Shown: positions 59,593 through 64,000 of the stretch, piece by piece
How the letters are laid out: every line of letters starts with the position of its first letter
Position numbering within the stretch: position 1 is the stretch's first letter
Assembly (NCBI GenBank): GCA_013178415.1
Contig: JABLXA010000001.1
Coordinates: forward strand, 33,445 to 97,444
From: Bacillota bacterium
GTDB lineage: Bacteria; Bacillota; SHA-98; Ch115
Direction of reading: 5' to 3'
Length of the DNA stretch: 64,000 bases
The notes under the pieces: generated by a model
What the model was told of the DNA's origin: nothing
The model's input: the letters and a program-made list of their open reading frames with translations, nothing else
Database searches by the model: none
Made by a program: the position numbers and the translations under genes

Positions 59593-59829
59593 CTAGGTTT
59601 CATGGATTCACTCCATGAAGATGAGCGCGCTGCATTCCCCATTTCTGGATGGGAATGAGGTGCAGTGATTCTACAACTAAAAGGCCACTCTAACAAGAGA
59701 GGGGAACGTCCCCTCTCTGTTCCTTTCCTCGGGTTCCAAAGGCAGGATTGGACGAATAGGATGAAGAAATGAAATAGAAATTATTGATACAGCATCGTAG
59801 ATGGGCCTGTCCGGGCTTGGCACTATATT

Positions 59830-60783
59830 ATGGCATTTATAATCTGCCTGAGGCACCATATACGGGTTATCTGGAATCTAAGGGGGGTGGACACATTGGC
59901 GCAAGGGCGAGATTTCATCTTTTCGAACCTGCTGCCAGCGGATAAGCTCTGGGACATCGCGTTTGCGATCAGTAGAGGGGCTGCTTCAATAGGAATTACG
60001 GTTATTGTGGCCGCCTTGCTCATGAAATTCAGCAGCGTGTTGATTGACCGGGCATTGACCCAGGCGGAAAAAAATAAGACGGGCTATATAGATGGACGAA
60101 AGATAAAGACCCTCGCCCCGCTGCTCAAGAGCGTCATCCGATATACCATCTATTTATTTGCCGGGCTCTCAATCCTGAGCAAGTTGGGGGTCGATACTAG
60201 AAGTCTCCTGGCAGGCGCCGGGATCGCCGGGCTTGCCCTGGGCTTTGGAGCACAGAGCCTGGTGAAGGATGTAATCAATGGCTTTTTCATCCTTTTCGAG
60301 GATCAATTCGCGGTCGGGGATTATGTAGGCATCAATAATGTGTCAGGAATCGTCGAAGATGTGGGGCTCAGGGTGACGCGCATTCGGGATTTCGGCGGTC
60401 AACTCCATATCGTCCCTAACAGCCAGATTTCGCAGGTCACCAATTATATGGGATCCGCCATGAGGGTGCTTTTTGAGGTTGGCGTTTCTTATGATACCGA
60501 TATCGATCGCGCCCTGGAACTGCTGGCGCAGGACTTCGAGAAGGCAAAGACCGAGATCCCGGGCATAGTAGATGGACCGACGGCTCTGGGTGTCAGCGAT
60601 CTTGCCGATTCATCCATCAAGATCATGGTGATAGCAAAGACACAGCCTATGGAGCAATGGCGGGTTGAGCGGGCTTTGAAGAAGCGTATCAAAGATCTAT
60701 TCGACCAGGAAGGGATAAGAATACCGTATCCACATATGAATGTGATTTTGGAGGGCAAGGATGGCCAAATTCCACATTGGTGA
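59830..60783 (+). CDS. Mechanosensitive ion channel, MscS family. The true start may lie downstream of 59830.
   Basis: TM3 pore helix and beta domain (AGAGIAGLALGFGAQSLVKDVINGFFILFEDQFAVGDYV...GIVEDVGLRVTRIRDFGGQLHIVPNS). Confidence 0.75.
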   Translation: MAFIICLRHHIRVIWNLRGVDTLAQGRDFIFSNLLPADKLWDIAFAISRGAASIGITVIVAALLMKFSSVLIDRALTQAEKNKTGYIDGRKIKTLAPLLKSVIRYTIYLFAGLSILSKLGVDTRSLLAGAGIAGLALGFGAQSLVKDVINGFFILFEDQFAVGDYVGINNVSGIVEDVGLRVTRIRDFGGQLHIVPNSQISQVTNYMGSAMRVLFEVGVSYDTDIDRALELLAQDFEKAKTEIPGIVDGPTALGVSDLADSSIKIMVIAKTQPMEQWRVERALKKRIKDLFDQEGIRIPYPHMNVILEGKDGQIPHW

Positions 60784-60976
60784 TATAGTGAGAATGAGAA
60801 AACAGCATCCCTGCGGCAGCTTTCTCTGGGAAGTCCTGAGGGTTGGCGCAGATTTCAGGATCAGGTGCAGGGGGTGCCAGAGGGTTGTTATGCTCCCTCG
60901 GGCCAAGTTCGAGAAAAGCGTAAAGGGGATAGTATCATCGGCTTTCGACCAGTCTATTGATCTAACCCAAGGATAG
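60761..60976 (+). CDS. DUF951-family small protein.
   Basis: GDIVRMRKQHPCGSFLWEVLRVGADFRIRCRGCQRVVMLPRAKFEK matches the DUF951 consensus (HPCGS..W...R.GADI.I.C.GC.R.VM). Confidence 0.65.
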   Translation: MAKFHIGDIVRMRKQHPCGSFLWEVLRVGADFRIRCRGCQRVVMLPRAKFEKSVKGIVSSAFDQSIDLTQG

Positions 60977-61048
60977 GGGCGCCCGCCTCGGGGGATTATC
61001 ATCCCTCTGATGGCGCCGCCGAAGCAGCATGGGAGTCTGTCTACGAAG
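60973..61048 (+). repeat. Second copy of the intergenic repeat element (linker plus hairpin unit), located between the DUF951 gene and rpsF.
   Basis: GGCGCCCGCCTCGGGGGATTATCATCCCTCTGATGGCGCCGCCGAAGCAGCATGGGAGTCTGTCTA is about 85% identical to 46875-46937. Confidence 0.45.
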
Positions 61049-61235
61049 AAATAGATAGATGGCCAGTGAGGAAGATCATGCCTCCTATGCCTTAACCTTC
61101 TTCCCTTTGACTTTATGCGCCCTATGCGAGATCACGCAGAATATAATTGTGTTTGCGGGACGTGAATGTTATAATATTTAAGATCCCTGCTCCGCGCACG
61201 TCGCGGGGCCGTAAGTCCGAGGGGAGGTGAGCAGG

Positions 61236-61523
61236 GTGCGGGATTATGAGGTAATGTTTGTAATCCGGCCCGACCTGGATGAGGCTGCTATAGAGGCCAC
61301 CATCGCCAAGTTTGAGGAGCTTATCAAAAACGGCGGTGGAGAAATCGAAAAGCTGGACAGGTGGGGCAAGAGGCGTCTCGCCTACGAGATCAATCATAGC
61401 ACTGAGGGATTCTATGTAGTGATTGATTTCAAGGCTACGACTGAGACTGCGCATGAGGTCGATAGGGTGCTCAGGATTACCGACGAAGTGATCCGCCATC
61501 TTGTTACGCGAAGAGAGAAGTAG
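61236..61523 (+). CDS. rpsF: 30S ribosomal protein S6 (GTG start after GGAGGTGA).
   Basis: (M)[29 protein letters not shown]... is canonical bS6. Confidence 0.9.
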   Translation: MRDYEVMFVIRPDLDEAAIEATIAKFEELIKNGGGEIEKLDRWGKRRLAYEINHSTEGFYVVIDFKATTETAHEVDRVLRITDEVIRHLVTRREK

Positions 61524-61545
61524 TCGCCCTGGGGTGGTGTTATTC

Positions 61546-61947
61546 ATGAATCGAGTAGTGCTTGTTGGCCGGCTTGTTCGTGATCCGATATTGCGCTATA
61601 CCCAGCCGGGAGTGCCTGTGGCGACGTTTACGATAGCCGTGAACAGGTCTTTCACGAACCAGCAAGGGGAGCGGGAAGCAGATTTTATAGATATCGTTGT
61701 ATGGAGAAATCAGGCTGAAACCTGTTCCCACTATCTTACGAAGGGACGACTCGTAGGTATCGATGGCCGCCTGCAGATTCGTTCCTATGAAACTGCCGAT
61801 GGCCAGAAGAGGCGGGCTGCGGAGGTCGTTGCGGATCGCGTGGAATTCCTGGATAGGGGTGGCCGGGAGGGCCAGGGGTATTCTGAAGATGAGATCGGGC
61901 AGTCTCCCGGAGATTTTGATGCCCCGGATGATGCACCTTCTATGTGA
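61546..61947 (+). CDS. ssb: Single-stranded DNA-binding protein.
   Basis: [36 protein letters not shown]-fold and an acidic C-terminal tail. The ORF opens at 61501; the start is chosen at MNRV after GGGGTGG. Confidence 0.85.
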   Translation: MNRVVLVGRLVRDPILRYTQPGVPVATFTIAVNRSFTNQQGEREADFIDIVVWRNQAETCSHYLTKGRLVGIDGRLQIRSYETADGQKRRAAEVVADRVEFLDRGGREGQGYSEDEIGQSPGDFDAPDDAPSM

Positions 61948-61992
61948 TTGATCTAGTTTTTGAGATACTGCCTTTTATCAGGAGGGATTTAG

Positions 61993-62223
61993 GTGAGACG
62001 CGAGAAGGGGAAAAAAGGCAAGAAGCGCGTATGCAGCTTCTGCGTTGATAAGGTAGAATTCATTGATTACAAGGATGCCTCTAAATTACGTAAGTATATT
62101 ACAGACAGGGGCAAGATCCTGCCAAAGAGGATCTCGGGAAATTGCGCCCGTCATCAGCGGGCATTGACTACTGCCATAAAGAGGGCAAGGCAGATGGCCC
62201 TTTTGCCATATACCGTGGAATGA
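61993..62223 (+). CDS. rpsR: 30S ribosomal protein S18 (GTG start).
   Basis: [64 protein letters not shown] is canonical bS18. Confidence 0.9.
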   Translation: MRREKGKKGKKRVCSFCVDKVEFIDYKDASKLRKYITDRGKILPKRISGNCARHQRALTTAIKRARQMALLPYTVE

Positions 62224-62646
62224 GTGGCAGGGGCTTCCATAACAAGGGTGAAAGAGGGGGGCCCGGGTGCTCCCCTTTTAATCGTTGCGGGGAGGGAGAT
62301 CCGGATGCTTGACGAACACTTCAATATGAGCACGCAGGTCGCTCGTGGGGTGGATATCGCGCGGGAGGTGAAGGCCATCGAGTGGCTCAAAACAGAGCTT
62401 CTCGGGAGCCTGGCATCCCTATATCAGGCAATGGCTCGCGACAGCGAGGACCTTGCCTCTGAATCTCTTTCCAATTTGATCATCGGGACTTACCTTCTTG
62501 CCAGCCGCCTTGGGATAAGCTTCGCCGCCCTTGATGCCAAGGTCGAGAGCAAGATTATGGCTAATATAGAGAAGGAACATGAGTTGGAGAAATGGTACGG
62601 AGATTTCAGCGCTCTTCAAAAGTATATGAAGGAGAGGAAGAGGTGA
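62224..62646 (+). CDS. Small helical protein, possibly a MazG-like nucleotide pyrophosphohydrolase-fold protein. The start is uncertain; an internal Met at 62305 is possible.
   Basis: 140 aa and helical. ...EWLKTELLGSLASLYQAMARDSEDLASESLSNLIIGTYLLASRLGISFAALDAKVESKI resembles MazG/EEXXE-type helices. Confidence 0.35.
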   Translation: MAGASITRVKEGGPGAPLLIVAGREIRMLDEHFNMSTQVARGVDIAREVKAIEWLKTELLGSLASLYQAMARDSEDLASESLSNLIIGTYLLASRLGISFAALDAKVESKIMANIEKEHELEKWYGDFSALQKYMKERKR

Positions 62647-62656
62647 GGCAATAGTA

Positions 62657-63601
62657 ATGCAGGATCGCACATCCACGAAGGCGATGGTAGAAGGAGCACT
62701 CTTGGTCTCCATAACGATCCTCCTGTGTGTTCTAGACACCTATATTCCTTTCCTGGCGCTGGTGTACCCGATCCCTATAGTCGTGCTGGTGACAAGACAT
62801 GGTTTGCGTTCCGGCGTTCTGGCCACCCTCATCGCAGTCCTAGGGACCAGCGTAATCACTGGTCCTATTCAGGGCGTGACTGTTTTGGCAAAGGTGGGAA
62901 TAGCGGGGGTATCTTTGGGCGAATGCCTGCGCCGCAAATTGGCGCCTGCACTGACGATAGGGATCACGAGTATAGCAGTAGCTCTTTCCGTAGCGCTTCT
63001 TTTCGGCATCTCAGCCGCAGCTTTTGGATTTTCCCTGGCACAATTGGAAAGAGAATTTACTACGAGTATACAGAGCGCTATATCATTGTATCGAAATCTG
63101 GGCATGCCTGAGAAGGAACTAGCGACCGCCAAGCAAAGCCTTGAGCAGATGCTTGCAATTGCCAAGATTTCCTTTCCCGCGATCGTGCTCCTGGCTGTTA
63201 TAATGTTGAGTGTGATAAATTATCTACTGGCGACATTTGTATTGCGAAGGCTTCGCTATGAGATCCCCACATTGCCAAAATTCCAGACCTGGCATCTTGC
63301 ATGGTACTGGGGATGGGGGTATATTCTTGGTGGTGTCTTGACTGTTCTGGGACAATATTATCATCAGGATATCATCTTCAGGACGGGTTTTAATCTCATG
63401 GCGGTGTTTTCATATATTTTCCTGATCCAGGGACTTTCCATCGCCTGGTTTTTCATGGATAGATATAAGGTAAGCATCCCAGTTCGATATTTGCTGGTAT
63501 TCTTCCTGGCCTTTACAAGATTGTTTTCGCAGGTTCTGGTATGGGCAGGGCTTCTCGACGGCTGGTTTGATTTCAGGAAGATCAGGGCCAGAGCTGCTTG
63601 A
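62657..63601 (+). CDS. yybS: DUF2232 (YybS-family) polytopic membrane protein.
   Basis: 314 aa with about 9 TM helices, positioned between rpsR and rplI as yybS is in Bacillota. Confidence 0.65.
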   Translation: MQDRTSTKAMVEGALLVSITILLCVLDTYIPFLALVYPIPIVVLVTRHGLRSGVLATLIAVLGTSVITGPIQGVTVLAKVGIAGVSLGECLRRKLAPALTIGITSIAVALSVALLFGISAAAFGFSLAQLEREFTTSIQSAISLYRNLGMPEKELATAKQSLEQMLAIAKISFPAIVLLAVIMLSVINYLLATFVLRRLRYEIPTLPKFQTWHLAWYWGWGYILGGVLTVLGQYYHQDIIFRTGFNLMAVFSYIFLIQGLSIAWFFMDRYKVSIPVRYLLVFFLAFTRLFSQVLVWAGLLDGWFDFRKIRARAA

Positions 63602-63631
63602 TTCTCATGCTTAATTCGGGGGGCGTTGGGG

Positions 63632-64000
63632 ATGAAGGTTATTCTCAAGCAAGATGTAAAGAACCTCGGTAAGCAAGGTACTCTTGTGAACGTCGCTGAG
63701 GGGTACGCCCGCAATTATCTCATACCGAGGGGGATGGCGGAAGAGGCCTCGGACTCCAATTTAAAGGCGCTGGCTGACAAGAAGAGGACTGAGGATGAAA
63801 AGGCGAGGCGGGAACTGGCATCAGCGCAGAAGCTCAAGAGTCGTCTTTCTGAAGCCAGTATCAGGATTTACGCGCGGGCTGGTGAAGGTGGCAAATTATT
63901 CGGATCTATCACGTCCAAGGATATATCTGATGCTATAATGTCGACTGTGAAGGTGGAGGTTGATAAAAAGAAGATAGAACTGGCGGAACCAATAAAGTCG
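63632..64000 (+). CDS. rplI: 50S ribosomal protein L9, N-terminal 123 aa. The 3' end is cut by the window edge.
   Basis: MKVILKQDVKNLGKQGTLVNVAEGYARNYLIPRGMAEEA is canonical bL9. It was not in the ORF track because there is no stop codon in the window. Confidence 0.85.
   Translation, partial: MKVILKQDVKNLGKQGTLVNVAEGYARNYLIPRGMAEEASDSNLKALADKKRTEDEKARRELASAQKLKSRLSEASIRIYARAGEGGKLFGSITSKDISDAIMSTVKVEVDKKKIELAEPIKS

Noticed and set aside
59830-60000. Long N-terminal extension of the MscS ORF (MAFIICLRHHIRVIWNLRG...)
   Set aside because: It is probably non-coding leader read in frame. MscS homologs usually begin shortly before TM1, but no clear alternative start with an RBS was identified, so the full ORF is reported with a note.

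Overview
A 64-kb chromosomal window (about 55% GC) from a probable Gram-positive, Bacillota-like bacterium. The phylum guess rests on the rpsF-ssb-rpsR-yybS-rplI order, GlpP, the ECF-type ThiT, an AbrB regulator and a LysM protein.

Gene content from left to right:
- Left end: a glycerol catabolism cluster (3' part of glpK, a three-component FAD/Fe-S glycerol-3-phosphate dehydrogenase made of GlpA-like + NAD(P)/FAD oxidoreductase + DUF1667, and the GlpP antiterminator), with glnS convergent on it.
- An accessory stretch: a Uma2 endonuclease paralog, an unusual bacterial ERCC4 (XPF/Mus81-type) nuclease fused to a C-terminal winged-helix domain, GH127, EamA, a Trm112-like methyltransferase, a TPP-riboswitch-controlled thiT-thiN operon, and an XRE regulator.
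- An Opp/Dpp-like ABC importer bracketed by two paralogous family-5 binding proteins, then a URO-D-like protein and an IS transposase remnant.
- A second sugar ABC locus: a family-1 binding protein, a MalF-type permease carrying an N-terminal membrane-anchored beta-propeller extension, a MalG-type permease, and YesL/DUF624.
- Three large co-directional cytoplasmic proteins (973, 321, 681 aa) of no family I can recognise. This trio, together with the propeller-permease fusion, is my best candidate for an undescribed carbohydrate-processing system.
- A heterodimeric ABC exporter with an upstream AbrB-like gene; a toxin-antitoxin-rich patch (PIN remnant, VapBC, second Uma2 paralog, HEPN/MNT); degraded ABC-2 genes; rsgA; and a family of hairpin-containing intergenic repeats.
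- YetF, LysE, and a LacI - Gfo/Idh/MocA - TIM-barrel isomerase module.
- A decayed integrative element (ISAs1-like transposase fragments and a tyrosine-integrase fragment) abutting tRNA-Thr and tRNA-Gly.
- A LysM protein, tRNA-Val, MscS, DUF951, and the conserved rpsF-ssb-rpsR-(MazG-like)-yybS-rplI cluster, which lacks gdpP.

No CRISPR array and no rRNA are present. All calls are from reading the translations and the DNA by eye; no database search was possible.
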